Assembly (NCBI GenBank): GCA_963847445.1
Contig: CAWJZV010000014.1
Location: forward strand, 224,001 to 288,000
Length of the DNA: 64,000 bases
Direction of reading: 5' to 3'
From: an uncultured delta proteobacterium
GTDB lineage: Bacteria; Desulfobacterota; Binatia; UBA9968
Under the pieces are notes generated by a model. That model had not been told where the DNA came from. It saw only the letters and a list, made by a program, of their open reading frames with translations, and did no database searches. Numbering within the stretch: position 1 is the stretch's first letter; each line of letters starts with the position of its first letter. Positions 9,993-20,359 of this stretch are shown in pieces. The translations under genes were made by a program, and so were the position numbers.

Positions 9993-10053
9993 GGCCGCCA
10001 GCAAAAAAAGTTGCGACTTCCTAAGCCATTGTTCGCGGTTCGCCAGCCCATCC

Positions 10054-10884
10054 TTAAACGCGAACCGGTTTCACCGCACTCGGCGCTTTGCGCGTCTCGG
10101 CGCCGCGCTTGCCGCCTGGTTTGGGTTTCACGGCGATACCCAGGGCCGTGCGCAAGCGTCCCACCGTTTGAGCGAAAATTTGACAGATACGTCCCTCGCT
10201 CAGATTCAAGATCTCGCCGATTTCCTTAAGCGTCAGTTCTTCGTAATAATACAGCGTGATCACCAGCCGTTCGCGTTCCGGCAAACCCTTGACGGCGCTG
10301 CCGAGCTTGTCGATGAGATCCTTGCTTTCGACCAATGTCAGCGGATCGAAATCGAGATTCTGGATACTTTCACGACGGCTGCCTTCGCGCTCGTTGGCTG
10401 AGCCCATCGACAGATCTTCCAGACTGAGCAGCGTCGCATCGTTGAGCTGTTGGTCGAGGCGATAATAATTATCCAGCGGGATCGCCAACTCGTTAGCCAT
10501 CTCATCGGCGGTCGGCTCGCGCACCAGCTGGCCGGCCAACTTGACCCGTGCCGATTCCATCTTGCGGCCCCAGGAGCGTACCGAGCGGCTCACCCAATCG
10601 AGGGAGCGCAAGCATTGCATCACTTCGCCCTGGATGCGGTAGCGGGCATAGACTTCGAATTCGACGCCGCGCTTGGGATCGAACCGGTCGAGCGCCTCCA
10701 ACAGGCCGATGACCCCGGAGTGCACCAGCGATTCGAGGTCGACGCCGGGCGGCAAGCGCCGGTGCACTTTCTCGGCGACAAAGCGCGCCAGCGGCAGATA
10801 CTGGGCGATCATCGCTTCCTTCGCTGGATCCAGTTCGGGCCGGCCGGAGCGTGCCGGCGATCTGGTTTTGGCCGCCTGCATCAT
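10054..10884 (-). CDS. fliA: Flagellar sigma factor FliA (sigma28)
   Basis: GVIGLLEALDRFDP, DWVSRS and LYYYEELTLKEIGEILNLSEGRICQ motifs. Confidence 0.96.
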   Translation of the reverse strand: MMQAAKTRSPARSGRPELDPAKEAMIAQYLPLARFVAEKVHRRLPPGVDLESLVHSGVIGLLEALDRFDPKRGVEFEVYARYRIQGEVMQCLRSLDWVSRSVRSWGRKMESARVKLAGQLVREPTADEMANELAIPLDNYYRLDQQLNDATLLSLEDLSMGSANEREGSRRESIQNLDFDPLTLVESKDLIDKLGSAVKGLPERERLVITLYYYEELTLKEIGEILNLSEGRICQIFAQTVGRLRTALGIAVKPKPGGKRGAETRKAPSAVKPVRV

Positions 10885-11768
10885 AAGGCGACCTCCGCTT
10901 CGAGCATACGGCGAAAGAAAAATTGCATATTGCCTTTGACCTTGCTGCGACCGGCCATCCGCATAAATTGCTCGGCCAGCGTGGCAAACGCCCGGCTTGA
11001 CGGCGCATCCGGCGCCTCCGTCACCACCGTGCGCGCCTGCGCCATGGCGCGCAGCAGTTGCGGATCGCGCGGGATCCAGCCAAGAAAGTCGAGCGAGGCA
11101 TTGAGAAAGCGCAGCGCCGTGCCCGACAAGGTGTCGAACAAGCGCCGTGCCTGGGCTTGGTCAGCAACGTTGTTGGCGAGAATGGCAAAACGTTTTCGTC
11201 CATGCGCCGAGACCAATATCTTAATCAAAGCGTAGGCGTCGGTGATCGAGGCGAGCTCCGGGGTGACCACCACGACGATTTCTTGCGCCGCGCTGGTAAA
11301 ATAAGTCACCGCGTCGGAAATACCGCTGCCGGTATCGACCAGCACGAGATCGAGGTCATCGGTCATGACATCCAATTCGGTCAACAGGGAATTTTTTTGA
11401 TCGCGGCTCAAAGTCGTGATTTCCGCCACGCCGCTGGCGCCGGGCAGGAGCAAGATACCGTCGCGGTTGGCGACGACGATTTCGTCGAGGGCCGAGGCGC
11501 CGGAGAAAAAGTCCGCCAAGGTATGCGCCGGGTTGACCCCGAGAAACAAATCCAGGTTGGCGAGGCCGAGGTCGGCGTCGATCGCCATGACCCGTCTTTT
11601 TGAGCGCGCCAGCGCAGTCGCCAGATTGGCGACCACGTTGGTTTTGCCGACCCCGCCCTTGCCGCTGGTTACGGCAAACACCGGCGCCGGCGACAATTTA
11701 GCCCGCGCAACCCGCGGGCGCGGCGCGCTATAGGGCGCTGGCTTGTCAACCGCTACGGATTCAATCAT
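10881..11768 (-). CDS. flhG: MinD-like flagellar number regulator FlhG/FleN
   Basis: SGKGGVGKT, DADLGLAN and SITDAYALIK motifs. Confidence 0.95.
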   Translation of the reverse strand: MIESVAVDKPAPYSAPRPRVARAKLSPAPVFAVTSGKGGVGKTNVVANLATALARSKRRVMAIDADLGLANLDLFLGVNPAHTLADFFSGASALDEIVVANRDGILLLPGASGVAEITTLSRDQKNSLLTELDVMTDDLDLVLVDTGSGISDAVTYFTSAAQEIVVVVTPELASITDAYALIKILVSAHGRKRFAILANNVADQAQARRLFDTLSGTALRFLNASLDFLGWIPRDPQLLRAMAQARTVVTEAPDAPSSRAFATLAEQFMRMAGRSKVKGNMQFFFRRMLEAEVAL

Positions 11769-12807
11769 CGGTTTCGACTCCCGTCAGTAATAAACTGGCA
11801 AACACTTGCGGCCGAGCGACCACCAGATCGCCGGCAAGATTCTGTCCCAAGCTCAAGTAAGAAACCGGCAGCCCGGCGTTAAGCGCCGTGCTCACCACCG
11901 GCCCGAAATAGCGGCACTCATCGAGTTTAGTGAAAAATAGCGATTGCGCCCCCAACGGACGCAAGCGCGACGTCCAATCGGCGAGATCCTTGTCAGGGGT
12001 CACGGCGCTAAACACTAAAGTGCGGCGCACCTCGGCCAAACCGTGCAACGATTTGGCCAGTGCTTTGACGCTCAGGGCATCGCGCGGATTGATACCGGGG
12101 GTATCGATCAGCACGAGCACACAATCGCTCAAGCGCTCGAGTGCCTCCTTGAGGGTTTTGCGATCCACCGCGCGCTGATAGGGCACGCAAAGAATGGCGG
12201 CATAGGCAGCGAGCGGATCGCTGCCGGCGAGACTGCGGTGATCCATGCCGATCCAGCCCACCGAACGTCTTTGGTCCTGCAATGCCGCAACCGTGAGTTT
12301 GATCAGACTCGAGGTTTTACCGGTGCCGGTGGGGCCAACCAGGGCCAAGCGGTCGCGTCCGGCGGCGATTTCGCCGCCAGTAGCAATCAGTTGGGCAATC
12401 GCCTGATACCAGCGTTCGCGCGGGTCGCCGCCAGCGACCTGTTGCATGGTCTCGGTCAGTTTACCGATCAGTTCCATGGTCAAGCCATGGGCTAACAAAG
12501 TGTTGACGATCTGGTCTTGATGATTGAGTCCCGGCGCCAGCCAAGCGAGTATCGACTTCAAGCCGGCGAGCTCGTGGCGCAGCTCCGCGATCGGGTACGC
12601 CGGGCTGGCCAGTGCGTCCGCTGCCGGCTCGGCGACGCTGTCGGCTGGCGCCACCGGTCCATCGGCCAGCGCGGTGATCTCGACACCGCCGCCCTGGTCT
12701 TTGGGCACATTTCTGGTGTCGCTGATCAGCGCGTCGGCGCCGAGCGAACCGCGCACGGCGCGCAACGCCTCACCCATGTCTCGGCCCCAAAATCGTCTAG
12801 GAGTCAT
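11761..12807 (-). CDS. flhF: SRP-family GTPase FlhF
   Basis: EALRAVRGSLGADALI N-terminus; GPTGTGKT, DTPG, TKLDE and GQ motifs. Confidence 0.9.
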   Translation of the reverse strand: MTPRRFWGRDMGEALRAVRGSLGADALISDTRNVPKDQGGGVEITALADGPVAPADSVAEPAADALASPAYPIAELRHELAGLKSILAWLAPGLNHQDQIVNTLLAHGLTMELIGKLTETMQQVAGGDPRERWYQAIAQLIATGGEIAAGRDRLALVGPTGTGKTSSLIKLTVAALQDQRRSVGWIGMDHRSLAGSDPLAAYAAILCVPYQRAVDRKTLKEALERLSDCVLVLIDTPGINPRDALSVKALAKSLHGLAEVRRTLVFSAVTPDKDLADWTSRLRPLGAQSLFFTKLDECRYFGPVVSTALNAGLPVSYLSLGQNLAGDLVVARPQVFASLLLTGVETDD

Positions 12808-14866
12808 CGCCCCACCTGATGATGCCCAGGGATTGGATCTTGACGCCGGCGGCAATTTCGTTATGCGACAAGACCGCGACCTGGGGCATGTAATGGCTGA
12901 TCAATTGGCGCAAATGACGGCGCACGTTGGTGCCGGCGAGAAACACCGGCAACTGGCCGCGCTTGGTAAAACTCTCCACCGAGCGCTGCACCGCGGTCAT
13001 GATGCGCTGGGCCGCCTGGGGTTCGAGGGAGAGCCCATCTTGGTGGCGCTCGCGAATCATCCGCTCGATGTGGGCATCGAAAGTCATCACCGGTATCAGC
13101 CCCTCGGGGCTGCGATACGCCGAGGTGATCGTGCGCGCCAGCGCCTGGCGCACATGCTCGGTCAGCTCATCGGTGTCTTTGATCGTCGGCGCGTAATCGG
13201 CCAGGGTTTCGACGACCGACAACAAATCGCGGATCGGCACCTCTTCGCGCAGCAAATTTTGTAAAACTTTTTGCACGCCGCCCAAGGTCAGGTGATGGGG
13301 AATCAGTTCTTCGACGACTTTGGGATTTTCCCTGGCTAGGCCGTCGAGTAACCGTTGCACGTCCTGGCGAGTCAGCAGTTCGGGCGCGTAGCGTTTGACC
13401 AATTCGGAAATATGCGTGATCAGCACGGTCTCCGGGTCGACCACGGTGTAGCCCAAAGTTTCCGCCCGCTCCCGGTCGTTGGTGGAAATCCACAGCGCCG
13501 GCAGACCAAAAGCCGGTTCTTGGGTTGCCTCGCCGAGCAAATCGTCGGCGCTGTGGGCCGCGCCGCTGGCGTTCATGGCTAGTAACCGCGACGGCTTTAA
13601 CTCGCCCTTGCCGGCCTCGACACCCTTGATCAAGATTACGTATTGTTTGCTGGTCAAACGGAGATTGTCGCGGATATGGATCTGCGGCACGACAAAACCC
13701 TTGTCGCTTAAGAACTGGCGCCGCAGCGCGCGAATCCGTTCCACCACCGCGCCGTGTTCGCTGTCGACCAGCGGGATCAATTCGTAACCGACTTCGAGTT
13801 CGATCAGATCCACCGATTGCGGCCGGGCCGGTTCGTCGGCTTTGTCGCCCGCCGGCTTGGCCTCGGCAATCGTCTCCAGCGGTTCGAGGCCGTCCTGCTG
13901 CGACATGTAATAAGCCGCGCCGCCCACCGCCGCGGCGGCGAGAAAAAATGGCATCGCCGGAAAGCCGGGGACAAAGATAAACAGCGCCAGCACCACCGCG
14001 ACCACGGCCAGCGCTCTGGGATTCCACAGCAGCTGCTTGACGATTTCCACGCCGAGTTCGCCGCCCGACGACGTGCGCGTCACCACCATGCCGGCGGCGG
14101 TGGAGACGATCAGCGCCGGGATCTGGCTGACCAAACCATCACCGATACTGAGCAAGCTATAGAGTTGCGCGGCGTCTCCCGCGGTCATGCCCTTCTGCAT
14201 GACACCGACAAAAAAGCCGCCCAACAGATTGACCGCGAGAATAATCAAACCGGCAACCGCGTCGCCGCGCACGAACTTGGACGCGCCGTCCATGGCGCCG
14301 TAGAAATCGGCTTCTTTTTGCGTCCGCAGGCGGCGCTGGCGCGCTTCGGTTTCATTGATCAGGCCGGCATTCAGATCGGCGTCGATGGCCATCTGCTTGC
14401 CGGGCATGGCGTCGAGGGTGAAGCGCGCCGCCACTTCGGCGATGCGCGTCGCGCCTTTGGTGATGACCACGAAGTTGATGATGACCAGAATCGCGAAGAC
14501 GATGAAACCGACGGCATAGTTGCCGGCGACGACGAACTGGCCGAAGGCTTCGATGACATGGCCGGCAGCCGCCGTGCCCTCTTCGCCGCGCAGCAGAATC
14601 AAGCGGGTGGAGGCGACGTTAAGCGATAGCCGCAACAGCGTGCTGAATAACAGCACCGTCGGAAAGGCGGCAAAATCGAGCGCTTCTTTGACGTAAAGCG
14701 AGACGATCAATATGGTCAAGGACAAGGCGATGCTCATGACCAGCGATAGGTCGAGGAGAAAGGCCGGCACCGGCAGCACCATCATGACGATGACGCCGGT
14801 GAGGCCCACGGCGGGCATCAATTCCGTGGCGCGAGCGAGATTGGACGTGGGAACAACGTTGGACAT
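12797..14866 (-). CDS. flhA: Flagellar export gate FlhA
   Basis: RIAEVAARFTLDAMPGKQMAIDADL and FYGAMDGASKFVRGDA motifs. Confidence 0.98.
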   Translation of the reverse strand: MSNVVPTSNLARATELMPAVGLTGVIVMMVLPVPAFLLDLSLVMSIALSLTILIVSLYVKEALDFAAFPTVLLFSTLLRLSLNVASTRLILLRGEEGTAAAGHVIEAFGQFVVAGNYAVGFIVFAILVIINFVVITKGATRIAEVAARFTLDAMPGKQMAIDADLNAGLINETEARQRRLRTQKEADFYGAMDGASKFVRGDAVAGLIILAVNLLGGFFVGVMQKGMTAGDAAQLYSLLSIGDGLVSQIPALIVSTAAGMVVTRTSSGGELGVEIVKQLLWNPRALAVVAVVLALFIFVPGFPAMPFFLAAAAVGGAAYYMSQQDGLEPLETIAEAKPAGDKADEPARPQSVDLIELEVGYELIPLVDSEHGAVVERIRALRRQFLSDKGFVVPQIHIRDNLRLTSKQYVILIKGVEAGKGELKPSRLLAMNASGAAHSADDLLGEATQEPAFGLPALWISTNDRERAETLGYTVVDPETVLITHISELVKRYAPELLTRQDVQRLLDGLARENPKVVEELIPHHLTLGGVQKVLQNLLREEVPIRDLLSVVETLADYAPTIKDTDELTEHVRQALARTITSAYRSPEGLIPVMTFDAHIERMIRERHQDGLSLEPQAAQRIMTAVQRSVESFTKRGQLPVFLAGTNVRRHLRQLISHYMPQVAVLSHNEIAAGVKIQSLGIIRWGDDS

Positions 14867-14880
14867 CAAAATTCGTATCC

Positions 14881-15988
14881 TTAGGCGCGCGGCGCAGTAG
14901 CTTTCGGCGCCGCTGCGCGATTGCGCAGGCCGTAAACATAGGCCAGGACTTCCGCCACGGCACGGTACAGGGCTTCCGGAATATCCCGGCCCACTTCGAC
15001 TTGGCTATAGAGCAAACGCGCCAAGGGTTTGTTTTCGACGATGGGAATACCGTTGGTGCGGGCGATTTCGCGGATTTTTTCGGCGATGAAGCCGGCGCCC
15101 TTGCCGAGCACCCGCGGCGCCGCCATCTCGCCGACACGGTAGCGCAGGGCCACCGCTAGATGCGTCGGGTTGGTGATGATCACGTCGGCTTTGGCCACGT
15201 CGGCGGTCATGCGCTTGCCGAAAAATTTCTGGCGCAGTCCTTTGAGGCGCCCCTTCAACTGCGGATCGCCTTCCTGCTCGCGCATTTCTTCTTTGATCTG
15301 CTGTTGGCTCATGCGCAGCTGCACCGATGTGCGCCAGCGCTGAAACAGGTAATCCAAGCCGGCGATGACCAGCGTCGCGCCGACGATCCAACCCGCCAGT
15401 TTCGCGCTTTCACGCCTGGCGAAGGCAAAGATGTCCGGGACGCTAAGACCGACCAGCGCCGCCAGCTCCGGCAGATCGGCACTGAGGGCTAAACCGCCGA
15501 GCAAACCGATGCCGGCGATGATCGCCATCGACTTGATACAGTCCGACAAAGTATCGACGCTGAATAACCGGCCAAAACCTTGCACTGGATTGATGCGGCT
15601 AAAGTCGACACGCAAAGGGTCGGCGGCGAGTACCAAACCGCTCTGCAAAAAGCCGCCGCCCACGCCAACCAGCATGACCCCGGCGAGCACCGGCGCGAGG
15701 GTGGGGAGAAGCAGCCACGCCGCCTTGCCACCGAGTTCGGCGGCATCGGCCGCGGCCAATGGCTGAGACCTGCCAGCGGCTGCGAAAAATCCGACAAAGC
15801 AGCGTTGCAAACCGATCGTCAACTCTTCGCCGGCGAAACCGCAGGCCGGCGACGATGGCGCCCAACGTTACCGCGGGAATCAGATAGCGCGAGCGGGCGA
15901 ACTGGCCCTTGCCATGGGCCTCTTCCCGCCGTTTGGGCGTGGCCTCTTGGTTTTTTTCGAGAGTATCGTCGGACGATTGTTCAGCCAT
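14881..15988 (-). CDS. flhB: Flagellar export protein FlhB (frameshift near 15830)
   Basis: N-terminal EATPKRREEA..KGQ in one frame; EGDP and TNPTH autocleavage motif in the next frame. Confidence 0.93.
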
Positions 15989-16024
15989 AAATAAATTCTT
16001 GCGGAGATTTTATCCTGCGAAGCT

Positions 16025-16804
16025 TCAGCCGACCCCGCCGGGCACTCCGATCGTCAGCGGTATTTGGCGCGCGATAAACCACACCACTGCCGGCAAGGAG
16101 AGTACGAGCAGCAGCATGGCGAAACCGAACTGCACCGGCTGCGCCACCATGAACACGTTCATTTGCGGAATCGCCCGGCTGATGATGCCCAAGACGATGT
16201 CGGTCAGGAGCAAACCGATGAGCACCGGCGCGCTGATGCGCAAGGCGATGGTGAAGATCTCGCCGGCGGAGTTAACCAGCCCGGCGGCGACGCGAACCAT
16301 AAACTTTTCGCCGGCGAGTGGGAAAACGGTATAGCTCGAGGCCAGCGCTTGAATCAACAAATGGTGGCCGTTCACGGCGAAGAAAATCATCCCGGCGATC
16401 AATTCGAGGAACGCCGAAAAGACCCCGGTCTGGCCGCCTTCATGGGGATCGAACAGCTGGATCAAACCAAGACCGGATTTGCTCTCGATCGCCTGGCCGG
16501 CCAAACGCACGCCGGCGAATAACATTTGTGCCAACCAGCCCAGCATCAAGCCCAAAAAGATTTCCCCAGCCAAAGCCATGAACAAAGACAAGAGCGACAA
16601 ATCGGTGGGCAACGCTCCGGCTTTGGCCAAAGGATAGATCGCCACGGCCAAGACGATGGCGACCCAAATTCGCACCGCCACGGGCACCATATGGCTGCCC
16701 CAGAACGGCGCGCCCAAGATCACTCCCATGGCGCGGCCAAAGATCAACAGGAAGGTGACGACTTCGAGCCAGTGCTGACTAATCAGTTGGGCCAGGGATG
16801 TCAT
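16025..16804 (-). CDS. fliR: Flagellar export protein FliR
   Basis: Polytopic membrane protein with GHH and RAIPQMNVF motifs. Confidence 0.95.
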   Translation of the reverse strand: MTSLAQLISQHWLEVVTFLLIFGRAMGVILGAPFWGSHMVPVAVRIWVAIVLAVAIYPLAKAGALPTDLSLLSLFMALAGEIFLGLMLGWLAQMLFAGVRLAGQAIESKSGLGLIQLFDPHEGGQTGVFSAFLELIAGMIFFAVNGHHLLIQALASSYTVFPLAGEKFMVRVAAGLVNSAGEIFTIALRISAPVLIGLLLTDIVLGIISRAIPQMNVFMVAQPVQFGFAMLLLVLSLPAVVWFIARQIPLTIGVPGGVG

Positions 16805-16841
16805 AGTGTAAGTTCAGTCACAGGCGTTAAAATCGCGGCCT

Positions 16842-17111
16842 TCAGCCGATCATGGTCGGCAGGCGCAGAATAATTTGCCGGGTAAAATCCAGATACATTT
16901 GCAGCATCCACGAGCCGAATAAAACCAGCGCCAACACCGTCGCCACCGCTTTGGGCACGAACACCAAGGTCATGTCGTTGATCTGCGTGGTCGCCTGAAA
17001 AATGCTCACCGCGACACCGGCGATCAGGCCGAACAGGAGCGTCGGCGCGCACACCATGGCGGCCACTTGCAGGGAGTTGCGCAAAATATCGATGAGTCCT
17101 TCCGGGGTCAT
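16842..17111 (-). CDS. fliQ: Flagellar export protein FliQ
   Basis: FQATTQINDMTLVFVPK motif. Confidence 0.96.
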   Translation of the reverse strand: MTPEGLIDILRNSLQVAAMVCAPTLLFGLIAGVAVSIFQATTQINDMTLVFVPKAVATVLALVLFGSWMLQMYLDFTRQIILRLPTMIG

Positions 17112-17779
17112 ACAAAGCTCCGCACCAGCGAACCAACCAACAGGTTCCAACCGTCGACCAAAACAAAGAGAACCAATTTAAACGGCAGGGAGACCAACAC
17201 CGGCGGGAGAAACATCATGCCCATGGACATCAGGATCGATGCGACCACGAGATCCAAAATGAGAAACGGCACGTAAATCAAAAACGCCATCTGAAAGGCG
17301 GTCTTGAGTTCGGAGATGACGAACGCCGGAATCACGCTACTGGCCGGCACCTGCGCCGGGTCGACTTCCTGGTTGCCGGCGATCTCGGTGAACAACGCCA
17401 GATCGGCCTTGCGGGTCTGCTTGAACAAGAACTCGCGCAACGGCGCCCAGGCGCGCTCGAGGGCCGCCTGCGGTTGAATTTCCTTGTTGTAATAAGGCGT
17501 CACCGCCTCGGCATCGATCTTCTGCCACACCGGCGCCATGACATGAAATGAGACGAACAAGGAGAGGGCGATAATGATTTGATTGGACGGTGATTGCTGC
17601 GTGCCCATGGCTTGGCGCAGAAACGACAGCACGATGACGATGCGGGTAAACGAAGTGAGCGTGACCAGAATGAGGGGTCCGAGAGAAAGCACGGTCAGGA
17701 GAATCATGATCTCCATGGCCGCGGACATCTCCGTGCCCTTGATCGGACCGGTCAAAAGCGCGAAAGCGGATGGGTTCAT
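17108..17779 (-). CDS. fliP: Flagellar export protein FliP
   Basis: TSFTRIVIVL, PAFVISELKTAF and LPFKL.LFVLVDGW motifs. Confidence 0.97.
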   Translation of the reverse strand: MNPSAFALLTGPIKGTEMSAAMEIMILLTVLSLGPLILVTLTSFTRIVIVLSFLRQAMGTQQSPSNQIIIALSLFVSFHVMAPVWQKIDAEAVTPYYNKEIQPQAALERAWAPLREFLFKQTRKADLALFTEIAGNQEVDPAQVPASSVIPAFVISELKTAFQMAFLIYVPFLILDLVVASILMSMGMMFLPPVLVSLPFKLVLFVLVDGWNLLVGSLVRSFV

Positions 17780-18081
17780 GGTGTGCCCAGCTCGCGCGGC
17801 TGCACCGGCGCCGGCGCCCCTACTGCGGCGGCGCTCCCTTTGGTCAGCAGGGTAATGCTCTGCGGCGTAATCCCCAAAAGCAGCGTCTCCCCCTGCAAGC
17901 GCACTAGCGCCAGCGACGATTGCGCCGTCAACGGCAGGCTGCCGAGATGCTCAAGCGCGTTGCCCAAGTTGCCGCGCCGGCGTAGTGCCGGCACCAGCCG
18001 CTGCAACAACGCAGCGTAGCCCGACAACCCACCCCCATCCTGGCGTCCCTGGAGAGAATTCTTGGAACTAAATGGAAACAC
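17776..18081 (-). CDS. fliO: FliO-like protein (no obvious TM helix)
   Basis: Between fliL and fliP; L....SL.LV......LLLGIT...ITLL pattern. Confidence 0.7.
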   Translation of the reverse strand: MFPFSSKNSLQGRQDGGGLSGYAALLQRLVPALRRRGNLGNALEHLGSLPLTAQSSLALVRLQGETLLLGITPQSITLLTKGSAAAVGAPAPVQPRELGTP

Positions 18082-18089
18082 GCAAACTC

Positions 18090-18608
18090 CTATTGGATGA
18101 GAAATTCCTTGAAATAGACATTGGTCACGAGCTGATCGTCGTCGATCGCCTCGGCGATCAGTTTTTGAAGTTCATCGCGCAGCTTGTTTTTGCCTGCAGG
18201 GTCGCCCAGTTCCTCAGCCTTTCGTTCGGAGAGATACATGATCACCGCGTGGCGAATCTTACCGGACAGCTCCTTGATCTTTTCCTTGTCATGCTCGTCC
18301 TTGATGCCGAGGCTCAACAGGGTGCGCAGATAGCGCGGCGCGCCGGCGCCGGCGAGATTCACGACGAAGACATCGAGATCGGCGCCGGCTTCACGCGCAT
18401 GCTCATCCTTCTTGCCGGCCTTTTTCTTCTTGTCCTTTTTTTCCCCGCCTGCTTTTTCTTCCTCGCCCTCTGCCTTGGCATGCTCGGCGTCTTTGTCCTG
18501 CGGGCGAATTGCTGCGGGCAACAGATCGGGCTTGAGAAAATACACTGCCGCGCCGCCGCCGCCGAGCAGTACCAGGACTCCTACAGCTATGATGATGATT
18601 TTTTTCAT
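18090..18608 (-). CDS. fliL: Flagellar basal body protein FliL
   Basis: N-terminal TM; FVVNLA, GK..LR.E and VYFKEFLIQ motifs. Confidence 0.93.
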   Translation of the reverse strand: MKKIIIIAVGVLVLLGGGGAAVYFLKPDLLPAAIRPQDKDAEHAKAEGEEEKAGGEKKDKKKKAGKKDEHAREAGADLDVFVVNLAGAGAPRYLRTLLSLGIKDEHDKEKIKELSGKIRHAVIMYLSERKAEELGDPAGKNKLRDELQKLIAEAIDDDQLVTNVYFKEFLIQ

Positions 18609-18639
18609 GGCCTTGTCTCGCTGCTGATGACAGTAACTC

Positions 18640-18655
18640 AGCAACCGACATGCCA
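18640..18655 (-). promoter_or_regulatory. sigma54 promoter of the fliL-fliA operon
   Basis: TGGCATGTCGGTTGCT (GG-N10-GC) about 30 nt upstream of the fliL ATG. Confidence 0.85.
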
Positions 18656-18807
18656 TGGGCTAGGGCCTGAAAATGGTTGGAATTTTTGTTTTACGTCGAG
18701 GGCGAACCGGCGGCCGGCGTCAACAACACCGATGCCCGCGTCAGAGTTTTGACGCGGCCGATAATCGGCATGCGGGATGAAGGCTGGCGCGAATGCACCG
18801 CGGAGCG

Positions 18808-20224
18808 TTACAGCAGATACTTTTCCACCGCCTGTACGCGTTCGAGCAAACGCGCCAGCTGAAAAGGCTTAGGCAGATATTCGTTGGCGCCGAGATCGAG
18901 CACTTTTCTGCGGTCGTGGTCCGATGCGCCGGTGGAAACCACGATGAGGTAAGGCAGCATTTCTTGACGGCTCTTATGAATCTGCCGCAGCACCTCAAAA
19001 CCATCGACCCGCGGCAGCATCAAGTCGAGCAGCACCATGTGAATCTCTTCCCTCGCCAAGATCTCCAAGGCGACGCCGCCGTTGCTGGCCGTGCGCACCT
19101 GATAACCGCAGCGCATGAGAAATAGACTGACCATTTCGCACAGTGTGCCATGGTCTTCGACCACCAGCAGGACGAGCTTTTCGGCCGGGCGTGCGCGCTT
19201 CGAAGCGGCGCGCCGCTTCAGCCGACATGGGAAACGGGATCACTCGGCCATGGCCGGCTAAGCTGGGGTTAGACATGGGCGCCGGCACCGGCGGAGTTGG
19301 CAGAGAGATCTCGCGGCGGTAGAACTCCGGCTTGGCGCGATCGAAACGGCGAAAACCGAAAGCGTCGCGCAGGTTTTCGATATCCGCTTTAACAATTTGC
19401 TGGGTCTCGCTCCACTGCGCTTTACTGAGCCCAAGCGACGACCAGGCATCGGTGCACTCTGGCAAGCCTTCATCATTCAGGCCGAGGGGCGCTGTTTCGC
19501 TTAACGATTCCGCGGCCTGGACGATGGCGATCAGCCTCGGCATGCCAGCACCGCCAGTCGCGTTGAGCGCCGTCATCGGCTCATGGTGCCGGCGCACCAG
19601 TTCGGCCAGGGGCGCGGCGATTTCGCACTTGCCGCACCAAGCGTCACCCAGGGCGGCGTGGTCGATACCGATGGCGCTCGTCTCGGCTTGAACGATAGGC
19701 AGCTGCTGGCGCGCGAGCGCTACCGCGGCGGCGAACTCTACGTTGGAATAGCGCCACAGCAACACCCGGCCGATATCGTGAATCAGTCCAGCGGTGAAGG
19801 CTTGCAGGGGCGAAACATTGGCGAGCGTGGTGGCGAGCTTGGCCGCGATCATGGCGCTCGCCAAAGCATGCTCCCATAGGTCGCGGAGCGTCGTCGGGTC
19901 AGGATCGACTTCGCGGTGGGACGGCCCAAGCGGTTTTGCTTCATAGGCGAGCAGCCCGAGGATCAACGGCTTGAGATAATCCAAGCCTATAGTGCCGCTG
20001 GCTTGTGAGACCGCAGCTAGCCGGGGCGAGGCACCCTTGGCGAGATTGGTCAGGAGCGCCAGCCGGGTCGAAAAAACCGGGCTCGCTTTTATCAAGGCTT
20101 CCAAGCTGCGCAGGGGGGCGCGCTCGTTTTCGATCGTCTCGACCAGCCGTGACACCAGCGGCGTGACCGAGCGGCGCAAGACCTCCTCGCGGATCTGATC
20201 GGCAAATCTAGGTGCTCTATCCAT
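18808..20224 (-). CDS. HDOD-domain protein with a C-terminal receiver domain (frameshift near 19185)
   Basis: LWEHAL and AGLIHDIG HDOD motifs; VEDH, LLDLMLP and YLPKPF receiver motifs. Confidence 0.85.
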
Positions 20225-20233
20225 CCGTAATTT

Positions 20234-20261
20234 GCATCGGCCCTAAGCGCGAAAATCTTTA
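20234..20261 (-). promoter_or_regulatory. Putative sigma28 promoter of the HDOD-REC gene
   Basis: TAAA-N16-GCCGATGC (spacer 1 nt longer than consensus). Confidence 0.5.
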
Positions 20262-20268
20262 GTTTTGT

Positions 20269-20295
20269 TAAAGAATCGGCGAACTTTGACGATTG
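20269..20295 (+). promoter_or_regulatory. Putative sigma28 promoter of motAB
   Basis: TAAA-N15-GACGATTG upstream of motA. Confidence 0.6.
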
Positions 20296-20359
20296 ATTCA
20301 ACATAGCGGAATCGGGGCTAACGGCCTCGACCCATGTCTGAAAGAGGGGTTACGAACCT

